A DNA stretch of 64,000 bases from contig OZ244239.1 in assembly GCA_965217115.1 (NCBI GenBank), positions 2,096,784 through 2,160,783 of the forward strand. The letters are read 5' to 3'. How positions within the stretch are numbered: position 1 is the stretch's first letter; the number at the start of each line of letters is the position of its first letter. The DNA is from Bdellovibrionales bacterium (GTDB taxonomy: Bacteria; Bdellovibrionota; Bdellovibrionia; Bdellovibrionales; CAYMLA01). Of the stretch, positions 10,099-21,086 are shown in pieces. The notes under the pieces are model-generated. The model was not told where the DNA came from and made no database searches. It saw only the letters and a list, made by a program, of their open reading frames with translations. The position numbers and the translations under genes are program-made.

Positions 10099-12456
10099 TT
10101 AGTGAAGCTCTGCCCATGTCACTCCTGAAGAAGTGTCTTTTGAATCAGTTTCTGTCTTCTTAGCAGATGAAGACCATTTTTGTACATAGAGACTTCGTGA
10201 TAAATAGGAGCGGATCGCTTTCTTTAAAGAATCAGTGCCATGGCCGTGTATGATTTTAACACGGTCTTCCTGTTGCAGGGTTGCTTTGTCTAATTGTATC
10301 TCTAGAGTTTCCAGGGCCCCATCAACTGTGAGTCCTCTCAGGTCTACAGTGCGAAATCCTCCGGACGTATCATACTGATGTCCACGGAGAGTTTTTGCCG
10401 TGGGGTTCTGTGTTGATTTTGGAGGTAATAACTCATGCCATGGCAGTATAAGACGTAGAGAGTTGGCCAGAACAGGGACTAAGCCTTTTTGATTGGGCGT
10501 TCCCTGAACAATCCCATTTTGTTTGAGATGGGAAACAAAGACATTAGACCCAGGGGGAAATTTATCTGCAAAAGCTTCGGGAGAGTCTACGACATTAGAT
10601 GAAGAATCTCTGTTGTTACCTGCGGAGCGGATAATCTGAGGGAATTCTTTTTTTATTTGTGAGAGGGTTTCGTGTTTACGGAAAATTTGTTCAACTTTTG
10701 TATTGCTTATCATATGGTCAAGTGTTCTCTCTGCCTTCTTGACAGATTTTTCTAGGTGTTGTTGTTTTTCCTTTTCAAACCCGTGTAATAAACTCTCGTA
10801 GTGACTTTTTAGTTTATTAACTTCCTTTCGTTCTTGGTTGAGAGAGTTTCTCATAGCCAGAATATCTCTTCTGAGGGTTTCTATATCCTCCATGCTCTCT
10901 AAATGTTTTTGAGATTCTGGAGACAAGAAGTCAATGGCCTGTTTGATGATGGCTGTATTTATGCCGATTCTCTTTGCTGTCTGTATGGCTAAGGATTCAC
11001 CTGCAATGCCTGGAAGAAATTGATAGGTAGGAATATCTTTTGCCTTGTCGTATTCCAAGCTGCCGTTGATAACTTTTGAGGATTCTGACCAGCCGACTTT
11101 AAGTGGGCCTAAATGACTTGTGATAACACCGTAGACTTTGTTGTCAGCGTAGGCATTGATAAAACTTCGAGCGATGGCACTGCCTTCCTCGGGATCTGTT
11201 GAGCCACAGATTTCATCGATAAGAACCAATGATCGGGGTCCTTTGTATTTTAGATTTTCATTTAATATTTTTAAATGGGCGGCGAATGTGCTCAAATGCT
11301 CATCCACACTCTGGGCATCTCCAACGGCAACGGTGATGTGTTCAAAGAAAGGAACGAGGGAATCCTTTTCGGCACAGATGGGTAGACCACATCGTGCCAT
11401 GTGTGCAGTTAAACCGATGGCTTTGAGAAGAATTGTCTTTCCCCCTGCATTGGGTCCAGAGAGGAGTAATATTTGTTTCTCCCTGTCGAGAGACACATCA
11501 TTGGCAACAATGGATGTTGAATGGTTGGATAGGTTTTGTGTCTCAAAAACAAGCAGAGGGTGACGAACTGAATTAAGCTCTAATTTATCTTCAGAAAAAC
11601 GACAGGGGTTTGCCCCAATGAGTTGTGTGAAACGGGCAAGGGAGAGAATGATATCGACCTCTACCATAAGCCCATAGGATTGTTGAAACTGTTCAAGCAG
11701 GGATCTGAGATAAAGGCTGAGTTTTCTAAGGAGTCGCTCTATTTCATCTTCAATATCGATTTCAATCTGTCGAATGCGATTGTTGATGGGGATAATTTGT
11801 TGGGGTTCCATAAAGACAGTTTGTTTCGAATTACTAGATGCGTGAATGACGCCTTCTATCTCGTGTTGCATTCCTCCTTTGATAGGCAGAACCCAGCGAC
11901 CCTCTCGGGTTGTTACGTACTTATCTTGTAGAATAGGTTCCATGCCGTGATCTTTTGTCAGGTGATCCAAGGTTTTACTGATCTCGCGCGCGAGGGACCT
12001 TTTCTCTTTAATGAGTTGGCTGAGTTTCTCACTGGCGTCAGTGCGAATCTCTCCAGAGGGTGTCATGATGGAGTCAATTTTTTCTAAAGGGGCAGAGGCA
12101 TCTAGGAGTTCTTCCTGTAAGAACTCAATCCACTCTCTGGAGCTGTTTTCGATGAACTCTTTGAGTGTTAGAGCTTCTTGGCAAAACCAGCGCACATCTT
12201 TTATTTCGAGAATCTTGAGGACGGCCTCTTTTTTGAGTCGAGAGGCCCAGGGGTTAAAAAAATCTAAGCTCTCCATAAAAGGCCTAGGCCCTTGGTGTAG
12301 GAGAGAGCAAGCATCGTCAATTTTTTGAAAACTCCGACAGGCCTCTCGACTTGATGGAAGGGGAGCAAGGAGGGAAATTTTTTCTTTTGCAACATCGCTC
12401 GTGGCAAGAGGTTGAATTTTTCTAATGACGTCAGTCCAATCAATATGACTTAGCAT
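10099..12456 (-). CDS. mutS2: Endonuclease MutS2 (MutS domain V ATPase plus C-terminal Smr)
   Basis: Walker A LLLSGPNAGGKTILLKAIGL, Walker B LVLIDEICGSTDPEEG, and a C-terminal Smr domain VDLRGLTVDGALETLEIQLD...IIHGHGTDSLKKAIRSYL. Confidence 0.9.
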   Translation of the reverse strand: MLSHIDWTDVIRKIQPLATSDVAKEKISLLAPLPSSREACRSFQKIDDACSLLHQGPRPFMESLDFFNPWASRLKKEAVLKILEIKDVRWFCQEALTLKEFIENSSREWIEFLQEELLDASAPLEKIDSIMTPSGEIRTDASEKLSQLIKEKRSLAREISKTLDHLTKDHGMEPILQDKYVTTREGRWVLPIKGGMQHEIEGVIHASSNSKQTVFMEPQQIIPINNRIRQIEIDIEDEIERLLRKLSLYLRSLLEQFQQSYGLMVEVDIILSLARFTQLIGANPCRFSEDKLELNSVRHPLLVFETQNLSNHSTSIVANDVSLDREKQILLLSGPNAGGKTILLKAIGLTAHMARCGLPICAEKDSLVPFFEHITVAVGDAQSVDEHLSTFAAHLKILNENLKYKGPRSLVLIDEICGSTDPEEGSAIARSFINAYADNKVYGVITSHLGPLKVGWSESSKVINGSLEYDKAKDIPTYQFLPGIAGESLAIQTAKRIGINTAIIKQAIDFLSPESQKHLESMEDIETLRRDILAMRNSLNQERKEVNKLKSHYESLLHGFEKEKQQHLEKSVKKAERTLDHMISNTKVEQIFRKHETLSQIKKEFPQIIRSAGNNRDSSSNVVDSPEAFADKFPPGSNVFVSHLKQNGIVQGTPNQKGLVPVLANSLRLILPWHELLPPKSTQNPTAKTLRGHQYDTSGGFRTVDLRGLTVDGALETLEIQLDKATLQQEDRVKIIHGHGTDSLKKAIRSYLSRSLYVQKWSSSAKKTETDSKDTSSGVTWAELH

Positions 12457-14084
12457 GATGGGTCTCTGTATTTTTTTAAGGCTAGAAATGCGAGGAGAGA
12501 AAACAACAGAACCCAGGGGAGTCGATAACCATATTTTTGGTAAAAAGTAATGGGAGCGGGTGTAATATAGGGGATTTCAAAAAATCCCATCCACTCTTCT
12601 CCGATGGGGGAAGATTGGAGAATGGTTCCATCGGCGAGTATTGCGCCCGAAATTCCAGTGTTGGTATTACGAATAAGGGGACGACGGAACTCTATAGCCC
12701 GAGCCATAGTCATGTAACTGTTCTGATAGGGTTCAAAAGTTTGACCAAGCCAAGAGTCATTGGCGTGGTTGATAAAAATCTCAGCCCCCTTGTCGGCAAA
12801 TTTTTTCATGTATAACGGGAAGAGGCTTTCATAACAAATACTGGGTCCTATTTTGATGTTATCACTGGTCACAAATGTTTTTGCACCAATGCCTTTGCCA
12901 AATGGAGATGAGAATGGAAGTAAATAATAAAGGAAAGGAAAAATATCTCCAAAAGGGGCGTACTCTCCCCAAGGCAAGAGGATGTGTTTGCGATAGGGGG
13001 TCGAAATCAATTCACCATTCTTATCTAGGTAGAAGAGTCCATTGGATGTTTTTTTCTCTCCTTCTTCATTGGGGAGCAAATCTTTAGAATAGGCTCCAGT
13101 GAGTAGGGGGATTTGTATTTGTTTTACGAAGAGTTTCAACTGTGAGGGAAGCCTGCGCAGGTGGCGGTGCTTATCAAAGGACACTGGGAATGCTGTTTCA
13201 GGCCATAGGATCAACTGAGTCTCAGGATGTTTATCGATCCCCTCCCTGGTCATCGTCATAAATTTATTAACAATGTATGAGCGAAACTCCTCTCCTTCTT
13301 GGGCATAGACCTTCATGAGATTACCAATGTTCGCTTGGACCTGTAGAATATTTAATTGGGTTTTTTGAGATTGATTTTTCCGTGACCAAGTCAGTTGTTT
13401 TTGATAACCCCAAAATTGGAAGGTCAGAAATAATAGAGATGCTGTGGCGATGGCAGTGATCATGTGTCGACGTGCCTTTGGTTTTTTCTCTAAGGGTGTT
13501 CTGCTCTGCCAATAGGCGTAGGCGATCAATGCATTGATGATATAAGTGACAAGGCTTAATCCTTGGAAGCCTATGGTGTCGGCCATCTGTGCTCCAGGCC
13601 ATTGCGCCCAGAGCCAGGAGTATCCCAAGTTCCATGGAAAGATGGAAGGCCAAAAAGTTTCCATGAGAAAATGAATACAGGCGAGACTCAGAAGAGAGGC
13701 GAGGGGTCCTAAGTTAAAATATTTTTTAACTCGCCACCAAATGACAGCAGAGAGGGGGATATAAAGATGTATGAACATGGCAAATAAGATAAGGACAGGG
13801 ATTGCAAGTATCCATGGCAGATATCCAAACTCGTGGGCGGTGCCGGCCACCCAATGAAAACCTATCAGAGTGAATAGAAACTGGGCGAACCAACTCGTGA
13901 GAAAAACTTGCTTGATTGTTAGAGTACAGGGTTTGTCCTCTGAACATTTAAAAAGAAAAAACCATAGAAACGAAAACCCAAAAAAGATAGCCCAAGGTGG
14001 GAATGGGATATAGCTGGTACCAATGAGAAGCCCAGTTAATAGAGGGGCTTGATATTTTTTTAAATGGGACAGACAATCTTTCAT
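12450..14084 (-). CDS. lnt: Apolipoprotein N-acyltransferase
   Basis: An N-terminal polytopic membrane domain is followed by a C-terminal CN-hydrolase domain with LILWPETAFP (catalytic Glu region) and GPSICYESLFP (catalytic Cys). Confidence 0.85.
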   Translation of the reverse strand: MKDCLSHLKKYQAPLLTGLLIGTSYIPFPPWAIFFGFSFLWFFLFKCSEDKPCTLTIKQVFLTSWFAQFLFTLIGFHWVAGTAHEFGYLPWILAIPVLILFAMFIHLYIPLSAVIWWRVKKYFNLGPLASLLSLACIHFLMETFWPSIFPWNLGYSWLWAQWPGAQMADTIGFQGLSLVTYIINALIAYAYWQSRTPLEKKPKARRHMITAIATASLLFLTFQFWGYQKQLTWSRKNQSQKTQLNILQVQANIGNLMKVYAQEGEEFRSYIVNKFMTMTREGIDKHPETQLILWPETAFPVSFDKHRHLRRLPSQLKLFVKQIQIPLLTGAYSKDLLPNEEGEKKTSNGLFYLDKNGELISTPYRKHILLPWGEYAPFGDIFPFLYYLLPFSSPFGKGIGAKTFVTSDNIKIGPSICYESLFPLYMKKFADKGAEIFINHANDSWLGQTFEPYQNSYMTMARAIEFRRPLIRNTNTGISGAILADGTILQSSPIGEEWMGFFEIPYITPAPITFYQKYGYRLPWVLLFSLLAFLALKKYRDPSC

Positions 14085-14509
14085 AGGGGGATTTAAGCAT
14101 AGAATTTTTGGAGGGCCAACTTGGATTTTCTAGACATGGAATGGCCTCTACAGGGCTGGCGACGGAATTAATAACTAAAACTTTAAAGTGCAACGATCTG
14201 TCATTTGAGAACTCACAGGAGCGGTCTGGCGCGTTTTTATGGGCAGAAGACGGTGGGAGTGGGTTTGCCAAGGCCCCCCCTTAAAGGCAGAATTGCTGAA
14301 AAATTAAGCACAAAAAATAAGCTGAAAAAGAGGTGAAAGCCTCTAAATCCTCCCCTCTAGAGGAACCCCGTGGAGGGAAGTTCAATAAATCAGCCCCTGT
14401 TCTTGAGGGTGTGTTTTTCGACGAGTTTTGTGATGACTGGAGATTGGAGTGTCGGTTGGAGTGTCGAGACTGTTGAGGCTCGTCATTTTGTGGGCGCATA
14501 GGATCGGCA

Positions 14510-15907
14510 TTATTTTTCAGCAGAAGGTAGAGCTTTTAGGAGTTCCTGTCCAAAGCTCGAGGCGTTTGCCGTGGAGGAATTTGTCTTTTTCACAGCACTG
14601 CTGCCGTCGGAGGCAAATTTACCTTGCTCCATTGATTGTGTGTTAGAAGCGATGATTCCATTTCGGGAAACCCCTTTATCCAGTGTGACAAGGGCTTTGA
14701 ATAAATTGAGTTTTCTTGATGTTCCTGTTTTGGCAAGGAGTTCTTTGCTGCGATCTCCCGTTTGGAGAAGGTACTTACTCACTTCAGCGCTGGAGAAATG
14801 GGGAAAACGTGACATCACTAAGACAGCTCCACCGGCGACAAAACTGGTTGCTTGGGATGTGCCTGTCATATATCCGTATTGACTGTTGGGGAGGGTGGAT
14901 AAAATATTCTCTCCAGGGGCAGCAATATCAACAGTTTCAATACCGTAGTTGCTGGATTTTAAAACTTTGAGACTTGGGTTGAGAGCTGTGACAGAAATAA
15001 TATTATCCAAGGAATAATCGGCAGGGTAGTATTTGTGAAGATCAGAGTTGGATTTTTCATTACCAGCGGCAGCGACAAAGAGAATGCCTTCTTTTCGTGC
15101 GGTTTCTATAGCGTTAAATTCAGCCGCACTGTACTCTAGGCCGCCACCAGAGTAATTGATGATACGGATTCTCTCTTTATGTCCCTGTGCTTTTAGGATG
15201 CGCGACATTTTGATGATGTAGTTAATAGCACTAATCGTATTTGAGAGATTGTCTGTTTGTGGGAATCTTGGGTCGTAGTATTTGAGGGTCATGATCTTTA
15301 CCTTTGGAGAGACTCCGCTAACCCCTTTGCCATTTCCACCTTGCGCGCCAATGATTCCTGAAATATGAGTTCCATGTCCATGGGTGTCTTTGAGATTATT
15401 ATTGTTACTGACAAAATTCCAGCCGTGAAGGTCATCAATGTAACCATTCCCATCATCATCAATACCATTTGTTGATTTGTTACGGCCTTTTCGATCTAAG
15501 CCTGATTCTCCGGGGTTTCTCCAAAGGTTTTTCTTTAAATCTTCGTGATTGATATCAATGCCCGTGTCTATGACGGCGACAATGATTTTGTCATTTCCTT
15601 GGGAGACAGACCAAGCTCGTTTAACATCAGATTTTTGCAATCCCCATTTCTCTGACATAGCAGGGTCTGAGAGGAGAACACTGGTTTCAATGAGTCCTTT
15701 CTGGGAAATGACTTTACTACTACCCAAGGACTGCTTGCGGAGTAATCTCTGTTTGAGACTTGTCTTTTTTAGAGAGGCAAGGGGGCTGGAGAATGAGCGT
15801 GAAAAGAGAGCTTGGTGTTGGTTGTAGAAGAGTCCGCAAATAATCAGAGTGCCAATGACCGCTATTGAGATAAAAGGAGACAGCTCTGTTTTCTTTTCCA
15901 TAGACAC
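14510..15907 (-). CDS. Secreted subtilisin-like serine protease (peptidase S8)
   Basis: The catalytic triad motifs are VAVIDTGIDINHEDL (Asp), HGHGTHISGIIGA (His) and GTSQATSFVAGGA (Ser). There is an N-terminal signal or anchor. Confidence 0.85.
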   Translation of the reverse strand: MSMEKKTELSPFISIAVIGTLIICGLFYNQHQALFSRSFSSPLASLKKTSLKQRLLRKQSLGSSKVISQKGLIETSVLLSDPAMSEKWGLQKSDVKRAWSVSQGNDKIIVAVIDTGIDINHEDLKKNLWRNPGESGLDRKGRNKSTNGIDDDGNGYIDDLHGWNFVSNNNNLKDTHGHGTHISGIIGAQGGNGKGVSGVSPKVKIMTLKYYDPRFPQTDNLSNTISAINYIIKMSRILKAQGHKERIRIINYSGGGLEYSAAEFNAIETARKEGILFVAAAGNEKSNSDLHKYYPADYSLDNIISVTALNPSLKVLKSSNYGIETVDIAAPGENILSTLPNSQYGYMTGTSQATSFVAGGAVLVMSRFPHFSSAEVSKYLLQTGDRSKELLAKTGTSRKLNLFKALVTLDKGVSRNGIIASNTQSMEQGKFASDGSSAVKKTNSSTANASSFGQELLKALPSAEK

Positions 15908-16224
15908 TCACTCCAATTTTTTTGTGTTTTGCCATTATTTTTCGCGTTTGTGCAGACTTCTAATAATAAGATCGGATACATGGGCTCTAACCTTAAATAA
16001 AGGGAGGCCAGTGCCAAAAGAAAAAACTTAAACACCTGTAATCACTTGATTTTACAGATGGGAAGAGGGGGAGAAATGATTTCCTCCTCAAGGGAGTGTA
16101 TCGTTTCTATACGATGATGATCTGTTCTCATTTCCCAGCGATGATGTCCTCCTGTTGATATAAATATTTCCCTAAATTTTTTTAATAATTTAGGGGGTCA
16201 ACAAGGGAGAAAAACGTCGGGAGT

Positions 16225-17112
16225 TCATTGTCGTTGTAGGCGCTGTATGCGAATTTCTAGGGAGGGGTGTGTAGAGAGCAGAGATCCGAGGGCACTCTTT
16301 GTCTTCCCAGATATTTTCAAGCTAGCCATAGCCTCGCCTTGATTGGAGATAAGTTCTTCTGTTCCAGCCAGTGCTTTTAAAGCGGAGATCATTTTGTTTT
16401 TGCCAGCGAGCTTTGCTCCACCGGCGTCGGCACGGAATTCGCGAAGACGGGAGAAGTAATTAACAACAAAGGAGCCGAGAATTCCAAAGACAATTTGAAA
16501 GAAAATAACCATAGCGATTTCTGTGAAGAACCCAACCTCTTCATCTAGCTGTGATGTGATAATATTGGTGATGATGCGGGCGAAGAACATAACAAAGGCG
16601 TTCACGATTCCTTGTATAAGAGTCATTGTCACCATGTCACCGTTGGCGATGTGGGAAATTTCGTGGCCAAGAATGGCCTCCAATTGTTCATCGTCCATTC
16701 GTTTGAGGAGTCCTGTTGAGACAGCCACAAGGGAATTCTTTTTGCTACGTCCTGTGGCGAAGGCATTGATCTCAGGACTGTCATACACTCCCACCTCTGG
16801 CATTTCGGGCAATCCCGCACGGCGGGCTAAGCGATGGGTGGTTTCTAAAAAATGACGAAACTCAGTGTGGGAATCGTGGGGGTCAATTATTTTTACTCCC
16901 ATCATCCTCTTGGCCATGAATTTGGACATAAGAAGGGAGATAAAGGCGCCGCCCATACCCCAGAAAGCGCATAACCACATAAGGTAGGAGTAGTAGGAAT
17001 CTTGATACATTTGATCGACGGGAATAAAGAGATTAAGTATCTGCCAGGCAATGGAGATAGTGGCAAGAACGAGGATGTTGGTAATAATAAATAAAGAAAT
17101 ACGCTTAAACAT
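16225..17112 (-). CDS. htpX: Zinc metalloprotease HtpX (M48)
   Basis: HEISHIANGD (HExxH), four TM segments, and typical HtpX length and architecture. Confidence 0.9.
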   Translation of the reverse strand: MFKRISLFIITNILVLATISIAWQILNLFIPVDQMYQDSYYSYLMWLCAFWGMGGAFISLLMSKFMAKRMMGVKIIDPHDSHTEFRHFLETTHRLARRAGLPEMPEVGVYDSPEINAFATGRSKKNSLVAVSTGLLKRMDDEQLEAILGHEISHIANGDMVTMTLIQGIVNAFVMFFARIITNIITSQLDEEVGFFTEIAMVIFFQIVFGILGSFVVNYFSRLREFRADAGGAKLAGKNKMISALKALAGTEELISNQGEAMASLKISGKTKSALGSLLSTHPSLEIRIQRLQRQ

Positions 17113-17227
17113 GTCTAAAAACTCCTTGCATGAGTGTTATCCTATTTCGATAAATTAAATAAAGCCGATAATTTGCCGACCACTATAGAATGTCTGTTAT
17201 TCTTCCAATGTCAAGAGTGATCGCAGA

Positions 17228-17941
17228 TTATAGAATAGCTAATTCAAAATCACAGGACTGTCGTTCTCTCTCTAAATTGATCTCTTTAAGGCTCTTTATC
17301 CAGAGGCGATTTTTAGCATCCCAGCTATAACCCTTGGCCTTGGCCTTGTCTTTTTCCTCAAAGCTGACAATGGCCTTAACAGTTAAATTGGGACTGGCGT
17401 TTAATTTTATAATCTCCTTGATGTCATACTGTGAGATGATTTTCAGCATCGTGAGAACATCAAAGATAGCTCTGTGGGAGTAGTAATTTAAAAACAGATG
17501 TTCTGCTGCGAGGTAACTTAATTTTTTTGAACCGATTCTCTCTGGATATGGAACATCGAGCACAGAATCAAGCCATGTTTTCTTAAGAGCCCCCTCGACG
17601 ACAGGAGTGGATGGGAATTCATTGAGAGCTTTTTCGATGAAGGCCCTATCAAAGGGAGCATTGTGGGCGACAATGTAATCAGCTTGCCCCATAAGATTTG
17701 TTAGGCGACTTAAAACCTCTTCCTTTGGTTTCGCAAAGTTTTTGAGATCAGAATCCTGTATGCCTGTTATCTGAGTGATCTCTTGGGGGACGCTCTGTCC
17801 CTTTGGGAGTGCGACTAATTCAGAAAAAATAACCAGAGGTGTCTTACGATCCGTATCCCAGAGAACGGCGCCAAGTTCAATGATTTCACAGGTGTTCGCA
17901 TCTAAGCCAGTGGTTTCTACATCGAGTCCTAATAAGTGCAT
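17228..17941 (-). CDS. DEDDh 3'-5' exonuclease (DnaQ/epsilon-like)
   Basis: Exo I LGLDVETTGLD, Exo II AHNAPFDRAFI, and Exo III HRAIFDV. Confidence 0.75.
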   Translation of the reverse strand: MHLLGLDVETTGLDANTCEIIELGAVLWDTDRKTPLVIFSELVALPKGQSVPQEITQITGIQDSDLKNFAKPKEEVLSRLTNLMGQADYIVAHNAPFDRAFIEKALNEFPSTPVVEGALKKTWLDSVLDVPYPERIGSKKLSYLAAEHLFLNYYSHRAIFDVLTMLKIISQYDIKEIIKLNASPNLTVKAIVSFEEKDKAKAKGYSWDAKNRLWIKSLKEINLERERQSCDFELAIL

Positions 17942-19680
17942 TTTTTAAAGTCCTCTTTAAAGGTTCTGATTTTTGCATGGGGAAGTAAGCCAAAGGAGAG
18001 CAAGGTGTCGTTAAAACACTTTAGTTTCAGTTTTCCATACTCCTGTGTAAACTCTTTTTTTAGATTAAAAATTTTCAAGAATCCATGGTAATAGGCCGTC
18101 GCTTGACCGGGGCTTCTGAAAGTGTATCTTTGATATTCTAAGCCAGCCATCGTTTTAGAAACTCCCAATTCTCTGTTAAAAACAAAGAGAACTTTAGCCT
18201 TTCCAGCTTTTCCTAATTGAACCATGGGATCAAGGAAATATCTTGCAACTCTCCAGAGGTGCATCTGCAGAGCAATTAATTTTTCTTTATCTGTCAAATA
18301 GGGTTGCACCAATCTTTCAGCATAGAGCGCCCAGCCTTCAGTATTTACAGAATTTCCTGCATATCGGGCGCGAATCATTGAGATATCCCCGTTTAACATT
18401 GCACTGAATTGAAGATCATGTCCAGGTCTTCCCTCATGGGCTGTCAAGATAATCGCCGCACTTTTATAACTGAAATCATCAAAAGGAGGTTTTCCTGAAG
18501 GGGCTGTGGGAACAACAAATTCCGGCAGAACACCATTATTGTTAATAAAAGGCGGGGCATTCATATGTGGTATAGGGGCGGCCTTGCTCTCTGCTTCTCC
18601 AGCCAATCGTATTTTTAATTTCTTAGATGGGAGCGACACTAATTTATGGGTTTTAATAATCTTTTTTAACCTATCAGCTGCAGAGTGATAAAGCTGGCTC
18701 ACATCATTGGCGCTTGTAACCTGTTCTAATTTTAAAAACTTAATCACTCCAAGGGGAGTGTCGTCCTTTAAATTATGTTTTTTAGCTATTTTCTTTGCAA
18801 GACGAGAGAAGGGTTCATAGAGTTTTCTGTATTCTTTTTGACCAGCTAAAATCATCTCTTCTGGATCGGTATCTACTCCATACCTTTTTAATATGAGCTT
18901 ATAAATATTAAGTGGGTAGGCGGGGTCTTTTCTAGTGAGGGGGAGTATTTCTTCTTTCAAGAAACGATCATAAAGGACAACTTCAGAGCGAAATAGGCGA
19001 TACTCTTTTTTCCAATCAGAGCGGCCAGTTTTTTCCAATAATTCCCGAACTCCTTTTATGTAGCTCTTCGAGTTAGAGAGATACTTTTTTATGCCATCCA
19101 CATGGGGATAGAGCTTTTTTTGAAGCTTGTATTTTTTTTGATGCCTCTTTATCTCAGACCAATAGGCTCGCACAATGTTTTTCTTTCCATGACTATTGCT
19201 AGACATGTAATATTTAAATCTAGAGACGGCATCTCTTTTTCTCTTACTCGAAGATTGATCGTTCACTAATTGGAAGAGACTCTGGTAGACAGATCTACTC
19301 ACTGCCGGGATTGAAATATGCCCGGCGCTTTGAAAAACTTTTAGCGATCTTAGATCTAGCTTAACCTCCTCCAAGAGAAGGAGAAAATCCATTTTCAGGT
19401 TTTTGTCTCTAGTCCCTTGAACTTTCTTCTCTAAGAGTTTTTTCCATTTTTTTAAGAGTGCGAGTTCAGCGTCTTCCAGCGCCTTAGATGGATGTATCCC
19501 CCTCGTATCAAATTCTTGATAACCCATGTAAGACCCCAGCTCTGGAGTTAATTCTGAAAAGTCCTTCGTGAATTTTTCGGCTAGGCGATCGGACTTCGTT
19601 ATCCAAGAATCCCCGGCTTGAGTGGAATAACCAGCCAAGACAAGGAGCATAAAAGGGAGGAGGGAGTATTTAATTTTCAC
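17929..19680 (-). CDS. DUF885-family secreted protein or lipoprotein
   Basis: The signal peptide is MKIKYSLLPFMLLVLAGYSTQA. The HEGRPGHDLQF motif is characteristic of DUF885 (HExxPGHxxQ). Confidence 0.7.
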   Translation of the reverse strand: MKIKYSLLPFMLLVLAGYSTQAGDSWITKSDRLAEKFTKDFSELTPELGSYMGYQEFDTRGIHPSKALEDAELALLKKWKKLLEKKVQGTRDKNLKMDFLLLLEEVKLDLRSLKVFQSAGHISIPAVSRSVYQSLFQLVNDQSSSKRKRDAVSRFKYYMSSNSHGKKNIVRAYWSEIKRHQKKYKLQKKLYPHVDGIKKYLSNSKSYIKGVRELLEKTGRSDWKKEYRLFRSEVVLYDRFLKEEILPLTRKDPAYPLNIYKLILKRYGVDTDPEEMILAGQKEYRKLYEPFSRLAKKIAKKHNLKDDTPLGVIKFLKLEQVTSANDVSQLYHSAADRLKKIIKTHKLVSLPSKKLKIRLAGEAESKAAPIPHMNAPPFINNNGVLPEFVVPTAPSGKPPFDDFSYKSAAIILTAHEGRPGHDLQFSAMLNGDISMIRARYAGNSVNTEGWALYAERLVQPYLTDKEKLIALQMHLWRVARYFLDPMVQLGKAGKAKVLFVFNRELGVSKTMAGLEYQRYTFRSPGQATAYYHGFLKIFNLKKEFTQEYGKLKLKCFNDTLLSFGLLPHAKIRTFKEDFKKCTY

Positions 19681-19988
19681 TAGAGAAGCTCCTTAGGTGT
19701 TTGCCCACTGATTTAGCACATCGGGCTTTTGTATCAGCCCCAGTGAGGTCAAAAATTTAACTTCTTATAGGGTATAAGTTATTTTTAGTCCACAAGGATT
19801 CCAAGTTTTACTGTCAAACGGCTTCACGGCAGGAAGCTATCCATAGGGAAAATTATTCAGGGTTTGCGGGGCTTTTGGACGTAGAGTGTCATTTGCCGTG
19901 GGCTAAACATCCTAAGAGTTCTTTAAGATGCCGCTTGATGGTGTTTGATTTTTTTCTCGGTGGCACGGAATATGTAGTTTCAGGGGGG

Positions 19989-21086
19989 ATGATGGATGGA
20001 AAGGTTTTTTTTCTGATAGCGATAGCTCTGGTCTCTTTTAAAAGTCATGTCTCTCTTGGAGGTATTGATGACTATGGAGAGGTGGATGCTTATTTTAGAC
20101 GAATTCAAAGGGAGGCGGATGTTGAAGATGCAAAAACTCTCACTCCCCAGGAGCGTTACCAGGAGAGATTAATTGTTTTTACGAGGGGAGAGCCCGCAGA
20201 TTTTGATTCTGAGGGTTATCTTGAATTAGGGGCATTAACAGGTCAAAAGACTGTTTTCAGACAGAGTGGTGGCTTTGTCGGTGGCGGCGGTGGCTCTGGT
20301 GTTTTGAGAGGTGAGGATTTTGATTTTCTAGATTTGGTTCAATTTGATGGAAATTTTCACGATGTTAAACAGAGTCATGGAAGGCATTCTTTAAACATTG
20401 ATTTAGTTTCTAAGACAGAGGGCAGTAAAGGTTCTGCCAGAAAAACTCTCAAGTTACCTCTCTATGATAACTCTGGGTTATCTAAAAAAACATTGTCAGT
20501 GCAAGTGGAGTCTGATGTTGGAGGTCGAGGGCGAGAGCTTCAGAGACTCTTTAAGAAGAGTGATCCGTTTGTCCATGCAGAGAAGGTGCTTAATTCCTTT
20601 AGTATTGCATTGGCAGTTCCATCGCTTTTATTGGGGAACATCTCTTGGCATTTCACTTCTGAAGAGCCTCGAAATGGGAGAAGGTTCAATCCGAAGGGGT
20701 TGAAAGTTGATGCTTTAGAAACGGTGGGTTATCTTCACTCTGTTCCAGTGAACGGAAAAAAGAGAACATTTGTCGTTATTTCAGTTCCCCGTTGGAACAG
20801 ACTTGGTTTTTTTGGGCAGGTTGGGATGATAGTTCATGAGGCGCTGCGGGTTTATCAACTCTCATCTTCCCATCCAGATCAGAAACATCATTTTTCAGAA
20901 GATTCATTACAGAGAGCCACTTCTCTGGCGACTCTGTGTCATCCAAACAGTGAAGGTCTTCGCTATTACCTATTAGCTCTTCTGTCTACTTACAATGGAT
21001 ACCACGGGGGAGTGGATGGACTGGGAGTAGGTGTCACCCATGGAAAAGTCAGAGAATCTTGCCAGAGAGTTGATAGAGAAAATTAA
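19989..21086 (+). CDS. Secreted hypothetical protein with a WNR...HE motif, paralogous to 44748-45758
   Basis: The signal-like N-terminus starts at MMDGKVFFLIAIALVSFKS (the track start TTG 19875 is less likely). It shares the block VVISVPRWNRLGFFGQVGMIVHEALRVYQL with MIIDKNLWNRMSHLSRAALLGHEEFYFYQR in the 44748 gene. Confidence 0.45.
   Translation: MMDGKVFFLIAIALVSFKSHVSLGGIDDYGEVDAYFRRIQREADVEDAKTLTPQERYQERLIVFTRGEPADFDSEGYLELGALTGQKTVFRQSGGFVGGGGGSGVLRGEDFDFLDLVQFDGNFHDVKQSHGRHSLNIDLVSKTEGSKGSARKTLKLPLYDNSGLSKKTLSVQVESDVGGRGRELQRLFKKSDPFVHAEKVLNSFSIALAVPSLLLGNISWHFTSEEPRNGRRFNPKGLKVDALETVGYLHSVPVNGKKRTFVVISVPRWNRLGFFGQVGMIVHEALRVYQLSSSHPDQKHHFSEDSLQRATSLATLCHPNSEGLRYYLLALLSTYNGYHGGVDGLGVGVTHGKVRESCQRVDREN

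Noticed and set aside
13948-14499. ORFs of 107 aa and 72 aa in the lnt / S8-protease intergenic region.
   Set aside because: They are low-complexity (SNRHSNLQSSQNSS) with no RBS and no recognisable domain. One is simply the upstream extension of the lnt frame. This is probably promoter or UTR sequence.
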